From positions 62,001 through 126,000 of the forward strand of contig QPMI01000626.1 in the NCBI GenBank assembly GCA_004431415.1: DNA of 64,000 nucleotides, written 5' to 3'. This document shows positions 23,601 to 34,429 of this stretch, one piece after another. Below the pieces are notes generated by a model that was given only the letters and a program-made list of their open reading frames with translations, was not told where the DNA came from and did no database searches. A program made the translations under genes and the position numbers. The DNA comes from Cyanophora paradoxa CCMP329 (lineage: Eukaryota > Plantae > Glaucophyta). Within the stretch, counting starts at the first letter, position 1. Each line of letters begins with the position of its first letter.

Positions 23601-26600
23601 CTGGAATGCTAGCCTTCGAATTCGTGCATCGCTCTGGGCTCCTAAGCCGAGCCAGCGCTCGTTCGCGCACGTTCACGGCCGGGGCGGGGCGGTGGGGGGG
23701 GGGGGGGGGGGGGGGGCAGGACCGTTGGCGGGGCGGGGCGGGGCGGGGCCGGGGCGGGGGTACGGGGCGAGGAGCGCACGTGGTGCCGAAGATCGAGAGG
23801 AGCACAGTTGCGCCCTGGATGCACATCAGCGCGTACCCGTTCAGCCCAAAGTGGTTCCCGGCGATGACGGTCAGGTCCTGCGCTCGGATCGGATCGGATC
23901 GGATCAGGTGAGCTCAGGTGAGCTCAGATCCGAGCGCGGACCGCGATGGGGGCGGCGGAGGCGGCCGTCTGGAACGAGGCCGGGAGCGCCGCCAGCGCCG
24001 TGATGTACTCGAAAGGGTACGAGACCAGCGCCTGCGTTCGGGCGGCGCCGGCAGGGTACCGGCTTAAGCTTCGGAATTCGGCGCTAAATAGGAAAGGTGG
24101 GGCTGGGGCTAGTGGGACTAGACCGTGATATTTAAAGATGCGCATTGTTCATTTTCTATGTACTTTTCTCTCTGATCTCTAGAGTGAAGCGGATCGGACC
24201 TGGATGGCGAGGGAGAGGACGCAGCCGATGGCGACATTGCGCTCCGGCTTCTTCGTCTCCGCTCCTGCCCCCAGCGAGCCGGCGCGCTCGATTCGGGTCG
24301 GGGGGCGGGGGCGGGGGCGGGGCCGGGCGGGGCGGGGGCGGGAAGGCCGGAAGCCGAGGCGGGGGCGAGGCGCGGTTGGGGCGTCCGCGACCGCGACTCG
24401 GCGAGCTAAATATAGAGCTAGCTGGATCTAGGGGAGGTTGGAGGCGAGGCGGGGGCGGCGGGCGGACGGGGGCGGACCGAGCTGGGTGGACGAGTCGAAC
24501 CCGACGACGAGGAGGATGGCGATCGAGGACTGCGGCAGGGGCGTCGGCTGCAGTGCCCTCGAGAGGGGAGCACGAGGCCCGTCGTGTCCGGGGCGGGGCG
24601 GGGCGGGGCGGGGCGGGGCGGGGCGGGGCGGGGCGGCCCCGGACGGAAGAGTGCGAGCAGGCCAGCAGGACTTCCAAGAATCTAGCTAGCAGCGGACGGA
24701 AGCTAGCAGCGGACGGAAGCTAGCAGCGGATCTGGAATACGAGCAGGACTTCCAAGAACTTCCAAAAGTTCGAGTGTGAAGGGGACTGCCTGGTTAGCGT
24801 CAATTCGAAGCTTACATGTAAAGGAAGCATAAGAAGCCTAAGTGCTAGGAAGCCTAGTTAGAAAGCCGATAAGTACGAAGCCTAGGAAGAAGTGCTGGAA
24901 GCTGGAGCTTATGGGCTTATAATTAGAAGCGCTTTAGCTAACTTATAATTAGTCTAAGCTAACCTCTAAGTTACAGGAAGCTCGGGCTTAAACGAGCGTC
25001 TTAGGAGGACCTAACTCAATCTTAGGCTGGGTCTTAATCTAACCTCTAGATTATAGGAATTCGAAGCTTGAGAAACAATTCGGCGGACCTGGAAGACCAT
25101 ACCGACGCCGGAGTTTAATAGGAAGCTTAGAAAGCTGGAGCTTAAAGGGCTTATAATTATGTGATTAGACGCCGGGAGCGACCCCTTTTTAGGGGTATTT
25201 TAGGAAGACAAGCACGGCGTCTTAATCTTAATCTTCGGGAGATCACAGGAGGCTTTAGAATTCAGCGATCCCGTACCTGAAAGACCATTCCGACGCCGGA
25301 GTGGACGGTGAATATCTCCGCCGTGCTCTCGAAGAGCCAGGGCGTCCCCGCCGGCACCCCCGCCGTCCCCACCGACGCCGGGTGCGCCGCCATCTGGCCG
25401 GCGAGTGAGGCGGGGCCGGCGGGGGCGGGGGCCAGGGCGGGGGCGATATGAGTCGTAGCTATCGAAAGAATCTTCTTCTCTTATTCCTAAATCAAGAAGG
25501 GCGCCCCCTTGTATCCTTCCTTTTCCTCATTTCTTATTTCTTATTCCTCATCCTTTTCTATCAAGAAGGGCGGGGGCGGGGGGCGAACTCGCCTCGGGGG
25601 GCCCGGCCTGGTTGCTGGTGCGGAAGCAGATCCACAGGACGCCGTACCTTCGAGCGAGCGAGTGTGAGGGGGCGGGGCCGGCCCGGGGCCGAAAGGGTCC
25701 TGGATCGGGCGAGGGGCCGGGGCCGGGGCCGGGGCTTGGGCGCCCGCGAGGCTCACATGAGGATGGCGAGGCTCTGCATGACGACCACGCAGAAGTTGAA
25801 GACCATCCCGAACTCCACGCCCTCTGCCCGGTCAGGGCGGGAGGGCCGGCGTCAGCGAGCCTGCGAGGGAGGGAGTGAGGGAGCTGCGAGGGCCGCGCAC
25901 TGACGGCGACGAGTGCGACGACGGCCGCGCAGCCGATGGCGATCAGGTCGGCCGCGAAGGGCGCCAGCGGGCCCGTCCCGCTCCGCCTGCCCCGCCGGCG
26001 CCCCGCCGCTCAGGCGTCGCGGAGGCGCTAGGCGAGCGCCTTGGGGGGGGGGGGGGGGGGGGAGGGGGGGGAGGGGGGGAGGGGGGGAGGGGGGGGAGGG
26101 GGGAGGGGGGGGGCGGAACAAGCGGACCAGGGGGAGGTGTTGGCGAGGTTGAGGACGACCTGGCTCGGGTGAGCCTCAGGTGAGCGGGGGTGGGGGGTGG
26201 GGAGGGGGGGGCGAGGACCTGGCTCGTCAGCGCCGTCGCCACTCCAGCGTACATCCAGCTGCTCAGGTCAGCCTCAGGTGAGCCGGGCGGGGGAGGGGAG
26301 GAGGCCTAGGGGGGCGGGGGGCGTGGGGATCCCGCACTAGAAGAGGTGGATCGAGAAGCCCATGTACCTGTACCCCCGTGCGCGTGGATCAGGCTCAGGG
26401 GTCGCCCAAGGCAAGCGGGCGGGGCCGGCGCCGGGGACGGGGCGCACCACTTGGCCGCGTGGGCGCAGGGCCGCAGGGCGCGGATCTTCGAGTGCCGGAA
26501 GGCGCGCTGCGCAAAGTAGTAGGCCCCGCCCGCCCCGGCCTCGGGGTACACGTGCGCTCTTGGGGGGGTACCGGTCAGTAAGCTTCGAGCTGGAGGGGGT

Positions 26601-27439
26601 ACCGGGCGGGCCGGGCGCATGCGCACAGCTCAGCGAAAGGGAAGGCGGTGATGAAAGCGACGAAGGCCGCGAATATGATCCCAGTGAAGGTGCTGCGCGC
26701 CGGGCCGGCCGCGGGGCCGGCCGGGGCTCGCCGCCAGAGCGCGGAGCGACGGGACGGGACGGGTAGGGGCACACTCTTTGGCGAAAGGAGTCTGGTCCTT
26801 ATCGGCGGCGGCTGCGCGGGCGGGCGGGTCAGGGCCGTGACGCCAGATTTGATCTTAGAGGTCGCGCCCGCGGCCGGGCCGCCGCGGCGCCCACCGAGGT
26901 TCATTGGGAGCGGATTTGGTCTTAGAAATTGATCTTAGAGATTGGGTCTTAGAGTTTGCGGCGCTCACCCAGGTTCATGGGGAGCGTCGTCCACAGGAAC
27001 TGCATGCGGCCGCCGCCCGCGCAATCAGAGGAGGGGCGGGGGGGGGGGGGGGGGGGGGAGTCTGCTCCACGCTCACCGCCCCGGGGCCGATCAGCGCCAT
27101 GCTGCGCGAAAAAAGGAGAGAGGCTGCTTGGAACGCACTCGCGCGGCGCGCGCTCGCTCGCGTCCCGGCGCCGCCGCCGCCGCGGATCGGACCTTGTGAC
27201 GGTGACGCCGGCGAGGCCCAGCGCGGGCGGGGGCCCGCGGTCGACCGCCTGCGGCCTCGAGGCCGCCCTCCGCTTCGCAATCGGGGCCGCGAACCCCGCC
27301 TCCAGCTCCTGCAGCGACCCCGCCGCCGGTGCCTGCCGAGCAACGTTTACCCGCCTCATTGGCCTGGCGCGGGGCGCCGGCCGCTCATGATCACCTGGCC
27401 AGCGCAGTCGCTCTCCCCATGGCCAGCTGCTTTCTCCAT
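20681..27439 (-). CDS. APC-superfamily amino acid/polyamine permease with long low-complexity C-terminal tail
   Basis: ALGLAGVTVTS|MALIGPGA|FLWTTLP (TM1), FAEL..VYPEAGAGGAYYFAQRAF, GFDSSTQL..AETKKPERNVAIG, AAVRVSLFMATEKQLPSFMCRLHRTWRTPWVGI. Start (MEKAAGHG, 27439) and 3' exons are tentative. Confidence 0.85.
21476..22775. repeat. 19-bp CGTTCGATCCCGAAACGAT-type repeat spread over five nearby introns of the APC gene
   Basis: Clusters at about 21476-21590, 21715-21765 (inverted), 22208-22250, 22527-22620 (clean 19-bp tandem) and 22740-22775. Confidence 0.9.
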
Positions 27440-28527
27440 GCTGCCCTAGGGACAGGGTCGCTGGCGTCGGCGTCCCCGCTGCCGCTGTCAGCTGGTTCCT
27501 CTTCTGCTCGCGCTCGAGGCTGCAGCTAGCTCGAGCTCGAGCGCGGCGAGTCGAGCTCGAGCTCACGGCTGCGCGGCGTATAGACCGTGCACGCCGATCG
27601 CGACCGATGTCGCGAGGTTGCGGAAGTCGAAATCGGGGCGTACGCGAGCTCGAGGCCGCCGAGCTGAACGAATGACTGCACCGGCGATCGGGCGGTGCTG
27701 CGCCTTCGTGTATACGTATACGTACGCGTCGACGTCCCGATGAACAGCTGCCACTGCTGCGGGCAGCACGGGCAAGCTGACAGAGCCTGACACACGCTTG
27801 AGCACGGCCAGCCGTTGCTCTAGCTGCCCTCTGATCGATCGCCGTACGCCGGCCGAAATTTCGGTGTTTTCGAACGAGGCGAATCTTCCCGTGGCCCATG
27901 AGGCGGTTCGGATGGCGCGTCATTGGCGACGCGAGACGCTCCGGTTTGCAGCTCCCGTCGTGCTGACGTCTCCGGCGCCAGCTGCAGCCGCAGACCGCAG
28001 CTGCGCATGCGCCGCCCGCGCGAGCGTATCGATGGTCCAGCGAGTGCGAACGAAGTGAGATCTACCCCAATCACCGAGCCGCCGCTCAACCGCGGGCCAG
28101 GCGGCGCTCTCCGCGGGCCAGCAATAGCTTCGAGAAACGAAGATTCGTGTTTGCAGCGTGTCTCAGCTCCCCCTCACGAGCTCGATGCGAGCGCCTGGCG
28201 ACCGCCTGGCGGCATCCTGCGCGATGTTTCGAGCGCCGAGCGCTAAGCGTGCAGGGCCGCTCGGCGGGAAAGCGGGACGTGCACGCTGCGCGCGCGAGAG
28301 CGGCGAGATGTTCGACGCAGTTACGCTGCACTCCGCCGCAGGAACAGCATGCGCGCAGCGCCCTCCATGATCCAGCGCGAATTCTGATCTTGAGCTCTCG
28401 AGGAGCACCGCTACAGCCGCTGAGCTCGAGTCGCCGCTGCAGCAGCGCCGCTGCCGCTGAGCTCGCCGCTGAGCTCGAGTCGCCGGGAGCGCTAGCTCGC
28501 CGCTCGCCGCACGCCGTCCGGGGGGAT

Positions 28528-28880
28528 CCGGCTGCTTCGACTCGTACGCGTCCGCCCTGCCCCGGCTCGGCCCGGCCCGGCCCGCCCCGCCCCGCCCCGC
28601 CCCGCCTTTTCCGACTCCGAACTCCCCTCTTCACCCTCGCCCACGGTGCCGTACCCCCCTCCACCCCATCCGCCCCGCCTCACCGGCCCGCAGAGTGCTG
28701 CCACTCGATGCACTCGTACCTCTCCCGCCGCAATCAGGTGCTCCTGTACCCCCCTCCGCTCTAGGCCCCCGCCCCGCTGACGCGGCGCAGCCCTTCCACT
28801 AGTACTACGCCGACTACTCAGTACTCCATCTTCGTCGCCGAAGTGGTGCGCCCGTACCCCCCACGCGGCAGCCGTACCCC
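28528..28880 (+). pseudogene. Inverted, intron-containing, decayed fragment of the neighbouring pepF gene
   Basis: Matches - strand ~31594-31205, introns included. HECGH has become HECCH. It has an internal deletion and small insertions (CACTAGTACTAC, TACTCAGTACTCC). Confidence 0.85.
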
Positions 28881-29700
28881 CCTAACCCTCGAAAAGAAAG
28901 CAGCCGGAATACGAAACAAGAAAGATTTGTGAACACGCCGTCCGTATGGCGAAAGATATAAGAAATACGAAACAAGAAAGATTTGTGAACGCGCGCAATC
29001 ACGACTCCCCGTCCAAGGATGGAGACGAGGGAGGGCCTTGCGAGGGCAGCGAGGGAGCGTCTGTAGCTGTAGCCTGCAGCTGGCCATGGGCCGGCTCCGA
29101 GTCCGTCCATATTTCGTCTGACCGAGTCCATGAGAAACTCTAGCTCAAGCTCACGCGCGCTCGGCGGCCGCGGCGGCGATTGCGTCGCACCGATTCGCCG
29201 TTGCAATTGTATCGAGGCGGGCACCTCGTTGCCGCCGTACACGACGTTCTTGAAGAACCGATCACGCAACTCCTCCGCGGTTACTGCGCATGCGCATAGT
29301 ATGCACGCGTACGCGGTCACTGGTCAGTACTAGTGCGCGCGGCGCATGGTCCAGATCTAGATCTAGAGAAACCAAAGAGCTTGAGAGCGATGATGTGACG
29401 CACAGAGCCCGCCTGCAAGGCGTTCACAGTGCGCGAAGTATTCTCGCGCGGACTCCTTAAGCTTCAGATTGAACGGGGCCGTAGGCCAAGGCTCGTCCAC
29501 GTGGTCCTCCTCTGCGTGGAGCTCGCGCGTCAAAAGATCGCCGACGTCTGCGGGCAGCGTGGTCCAGCTGCAGCTGCAGGCAGCGCAACCGCACCGATCG
29601 AGGGCGCGTTGAAGAACGCGGCAACGTCTCCGTCTCCGCCAGTGGCCCAAGGAAGCTGGAGCTGCTCACTCTGGCCATGGGCGTCCATCAGGCCAAGTTC
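28814..29700 (-). other. Possible exon remnants of an unidentified gene
   Basis: Protein-like pieces EELRDRFFKNVVYGGNEVPASIQL..LEFLMDSVRRNMDG and TLPADVGDLLTRELHAEEDHVDEPWPTAPFNLKLKESAREYFAHCERL. No recognisable family. Confidence 0.25.
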
Positions 29701-30106
29701 CGCTGTTGCTGGAGCTTTTTTTTATGCGTACGTATACCCCTCTTTCGGCGAAGCGGTGCAGCCACGCAGCCATATAATCATGGCGCCGCGATGATGGCGC
29801 CGCTCAACACTGTGCATACACTTGCACTACGAATGGACTTGCAATTGAACGAGTCTTCCAGAACGAGGTGCACGCGTGGCCCCTAGCCCGGCCTTCTCGT
29901 ACGCGTGTCAGTGCCCCTGTCCCTGTCGTGCCCCGCCGTGTCCTTGCCGTGTACCCGACAGTGCTGTCCGCAGCAGCGGCGCAAGCAGTCCGCGGTTACG
30001 TATACTGCTCGCTTTCCTCGAACTGCTGTACAGCCGCTGAGCGGCGGAAGACACACCAGGCAGTCTGCCCCGGCCCCGCCGGCAGGGCGCTGGCCCGGGC
30101 GGCGCC

Positions 30107-33100
30107 TCAGAGGGCGAGGCCCTCCAGGTCGTCGACGAGCTTGCTGAAGAGGCCGATCACCTGAGCCCGCGGTGAGGGGGGGAAAAGCGCGGGGGGTACG
30201 GGGCGCGGCCGCGCGCCTTCTCGACGGGCTCGGCCCGGGTCATGTCCACGCCCGCCACCTGCCCCCGGCTCAGAGGCGGGGGGGAGAGATCGGAGGGGGG
30301 TACGGCGGGCCTTGAGCATGTCGATGGGGTACTTGGAGGAGCCGCCGCGCAGGTACGAGAGGTACTCGTCGCGCTCCTGCGGCCGGGCGGGCGAGGGGCG
30401 GGGGCCGTTCGTGAGGCGCCCCGCCGGCCCTCACGCCCTCCTCCGGCCACCCGGCGCACCTTGGCGCCGCCGTTGAGGACGCGGTCGGCGAGGTACTCCG
30501 CCGCCGCGATGCCCGTCGCGTACTGCGCGGGGGCCCCGCTCGGCCCGGCGCCCCGCCGGCCGCCCGGGGCGGAGGGGGGCACCTGGTACACGTAGAAGTT
30601 GTAGCTGCGCGGCGGGCGGGGCGCGTGAGCGGGCTGGGGGTGGCGGGGCGGGGCGGGGCGGGGCGGGGTACGGGGCGCACTAGAAGTGGGGGATGCGGGC
30701 CCACTCGATGGCGATCGGCTCGTTGATCGTCGCGTCCTTTCCGAAGTAGAAGGCTGGGGGTACAGGGTCAGAAGCGGCGCAGGCGCGCGGGGCCCGGGCC
30801 CACCGTTCAGCTTCTTGTACTCCTCCTTGAGCAGGCTGGGCGTGAGGGGCACGTTCTTCTCCGCAAACTCGTGGATCTGGTGGGGGGGTACCCCGTCAGA
30901 GGGGATCCCTGGGGGTACAGGGCGCCGCCGGACCATGAGCTCGAACTCGGCGAACATCTGGCGCGGCGGTCGGCACGGGAAGGGGGGGGGGGAAGCCTGG
31001 GGGGTACGGGCGCACGGTCTGGCGGAAGAGGGTCGCGCGGATGTCCTCCACCCGCCGGTTGATGAGGTACACCTGCGGCCGGCCGTGAGGGGGGTACGGG
31101 GCCGAGGGGGGGTACGGCGGGCCTTCTCGGCCTCGGACTTGGCGCTGCGGATCATCAGATTCGCGAGGAGCGCCTCGTTGAAGGTCGACGCCTGCGGGCG
31201 GGTTGGGGAGGGGGGTACGGCCGCCGCGCGGGGGGTACGGGCGCACGACTTCGGCGACGAAGATGGAGTAGTCGGCGTAGTGGAAGGGCTGCGCCGCGTC
31301 GGCGGGGGGTACAGAACTTCGGGGAGGGGGGGCGGGAAGTGGGCACCTGGTTGCGGCGGGAGAGGTACGAGTGCATCGAGTGGCCGCACTCTGCGGGCCA
31401 GTGAGAGGTGGGGGGGGGGGAGCGGCGCGGGGGGTACGGCACCGTGGGCGAGGGTGAAGAGGTCCTGGATCTGGCCCTGGAAGTTCATCAGGATGTAGGG
31501 CTTCCTGGGGGGTACACGCGGAGTCGGAAAAGGCGGGGCGGGCGGGGCGGGGCGGGGCGGGGCGGGGCGGGGCGGACGAGTCGAAGCAGCCGGAGGAGTA
31601 GGCCCCAGAGCGCTTGTTCCTGCCCGCCGCAGCCCGGCTCAGAGAAGACTGGGGCAAAAGACGAGCGGGGGGTACGCTTCAGGCACCGGTTCTCGTACTT
31701 GTCGCACCAGCGCTCCTCCAGCAGACCCGCCCGCAGCGCGTCTTGGTACTCGGGGCCCAGCGGCGCCACGCTGTCGATCACCAGCTTGGCTGCGGCGACG
31801 CTGAGCGGCCGCGGGTCTGGGAGGGGCAAGGCGGGGCGGGGCGGGGTGCGCGCACTGGCTTCGTCCCACGAGAACTTCATCTCCGCCTGGTCCTGGATCA
31901 GATTCACGTACCTGGAGCGCGCCAGGTCAGGTCAGATCAGATCAGATCAGATCGGATCGGATCGGATCAGATCTGACATGTCGTAGAGGTGGAGCTCGAA
32001 GGAAGCGGGGTCGGCGCCCTCCGCCTTCGCCAGCATCTTCTTCCGCAGCGAGACGTACCTGGGGCGCCCCGGTTCGAATCCGCGCGGGTCCCGTTCGGGG
32101 AGGGGGGGGCGGGGTACGGGGCGGGGCGCGCTTGTGGAGGGCGGGAATGCCGTTGCGGACGGCGGCGATGAGTGACTTGTACACGGAGACGGGAATGTTG
32201 TTCGGCGCCAGGGCCTGCGGGGGGTACCGGCCCGGCCGTAAGCGGAGACTGGGGCGCGGGTCTCGGAAGGGAGGGCGGGTCGAATCGGCCCGCACCGAGT
32301 GCAGGCAGGAGTCGTACTTGCGAGCCTTCGCGCCGAAGACGTGGCTCTGCGTCCCGTACCCCCGCTCGGCGCGTGCGCCCCGGCGGCGTGGGGGTACGTG
32401 CAGCGCACTTGGACCGCGCCGTTGAGGAGCTCGCAGAGCGTGTTCTCGTACGCGGTGAAACTGCACCCCCCGCTTAGGAGGACGGGACTGGGGAGCGGTT
32501 CGGGGCGGGGTACCGGTTGTGGAGCTCGTTGAAGGCGTTCTTGCGGAGCTCGCGGTCCGGCGAACGGAGGTACACCTGCGGAGGGGTACGGCGTCGGCCG
32601 GGGGGGAGAGGCGGCCGGGGTACGGCCCGCGCACGCCGAAGAGGCCGTGGGAGAGCTCGAGCTCGCTGCCCTTGCCGTCCTTCACCTGAGGGAGGGGGGT
32701 ACGCGATCAGAGATCTTCGGAGGGAGGTGTCCGTACCCCCCTGCCCCCCGCACCTTCTGGAACTTGATGTCAGCGTCGTTCAGAGCGCCGAAGGCCTTGC
32801 CCGCTGCGCCGGGGCGCGTCGGGCCGGCGCGGGGCGGCGCGGAGCGCGGGGGGCGGGGCGGAGGGGGGTACCGGTGCCGAGGGCCTTGCCTGACTGCGAG
32901 AGCATGGCCTCCATCTCGGGGCTCAGCGTGTGCGGCTTCTCTGCGCCCGCCGCTCGGCTCCGGCCGGACGGGGCAGGGCGGGGGGTACGCGCGCACGGCG
33001 GACGAGCTTCTCGAGGTGGAAGGCGTACGGGGAGAGCTCCGCGCTCGCGAGGTACCGGTCGATAGTCTCCTGCGGGGCCGCCCCGCTCGACCCGCGCGCA

Positions 33101-34211
33101 CGGGGGGTACGGGAGCGGATCTCGGGGGGAAAGAAGGGGGGTACCTGGGACAGGGCGAGGATCTCGGGCTCGAGCCAAGCAGTCCGCTCACCATAGTCTG
33201 CGGAGGCGGCGGCGGCGGCGGTGACGGGCGCGTTAGTGGTACGACGCGGAGCTGGCGGGTCGGGCGGGGGGTACGCGGACCGTAGAAGACGGACATGATG
33301 CGGGACTGCATGCCCTTGTGCTTGTCGTTGGTGATCTCCTCGTCGAACCGCAGGTGCGCGTACGCTGGGCCGGCGTCGGCGTCAGCGCCGGCGGGGGCGC
33401 CCCGCGCGGGACGCGGGCGCACTGTAGAGCTTCATCATCTTGCGCTGCAGCTCGAAGCTCACGTCGAACGCCTTCCTGAGCACCTCCGGGCCCTGCGCTA
33501 GGCTCAGCCGCGGCGGGAGCTCGGCCGGGCGCGCGCCGCTCGGGCTCGCCTCGCCGAGGCGGCCCTTGAGGCCCTCGATCTCGGGCCAGCGCGGCTCCTG
33601 CCCGTCCCGGCACACCTCCTCGAACTCTTTCTCCCACTGCGGCGGCCGCGCCGGCGGTCAGGAGGCCGCAGCCGCCGCGCGCGAGCGGCGCGGAGGCTCT
33701 GAGTGTTTCGGGCGCCGGGCGGTGCGCGCGCACGAGGCCCGTGTCGGAATAGAGCGTCTCGACGGACCACCGGTTCTCGTCAGGGACCTCGGAGCGCGGC
33801 AGCGTGGGCGGCGGCGCGGCGGCGGCGGCCGGGGAGAACAGCTTCGCCGGCAGCTCGGGCTGCGTGCATCGCCCGCGTTCAGCGTGTCGTGCAGCGGGAT
33901 GGAAAGCGCATTTTGGAGACCCCCACCTGCAGCCGCGCGGAGACGTTGAAGCCCCTGCGCGCCGGCACGCCGAACGTCGCCGCACGCGCCGTCGACGCGT
34001 CCAGGCGCTGCCCGAGGAACTGCGTCCTGAGCACCGGGGCCGTCGAGGCAATGGAGCTCCTCGCCGCCGCCCGAAGCATAGGGCGGACCACCTGCGGAGC
34101 GCGTTGGCTAAGCACGTCGCTTCAATGTCGGGGGAAGCTGACCCTCGGGACGACGCTAATCATCTTCGGCACAGCGGCAACTGGGGCGAGGGGCGTCGCG
34201 AAGCCGCTCAT
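30107..34211 (-). CDS. pepF: Oligoendopeptidase F (peptidase M3B) with organelle-targeting N-terminal extension
   Basis: RSEVPDENRWSVETLY, YAHLRFDE, ELSHGLF, LHLYDM, ERWCDKYEN..NKRSGAYSSG, FTLAH|ECGHSMHSY (HExxH), YSIFVAEV|ASTFNE, TLFRQT|MFAEFE, WARIPHF..FYVYQ|YATG, GGSSKYPIDMLK|VAGVDM..LEGLAL*. First exon MSGFATPLAPVAAVPKMISVVPR| is followed by VVRPMLRAAARSS..RTQFLG. Confidence 0.93.
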
Positions 34212-34429
34212 GTTCCGGAACTACCTAGCCGGTTGCCGGGTACAAGCAGTTCGGCGCTAGTCCACAGTCGCGGCAAAGAACGATGGCGGACGCGGGAGCT
34301 GCTCCGGAAGTCCCTCCGGTCGATGTCGGCGCGGCGGCGACGGGTGCGGCGGCAGCAGCTGCGGCCGGCACTAGCCCCGTCGTTATCATCCTTCTCTTCG
34401 TCATCGGCGGCCTGCTTCTGTGCGTTCGC

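Noticed and set aside
28879-28888. CCCTAACCCT as a telomeric healing site
   Set aside because: Fewer than two repeat units in C-rich context; expected by chance.
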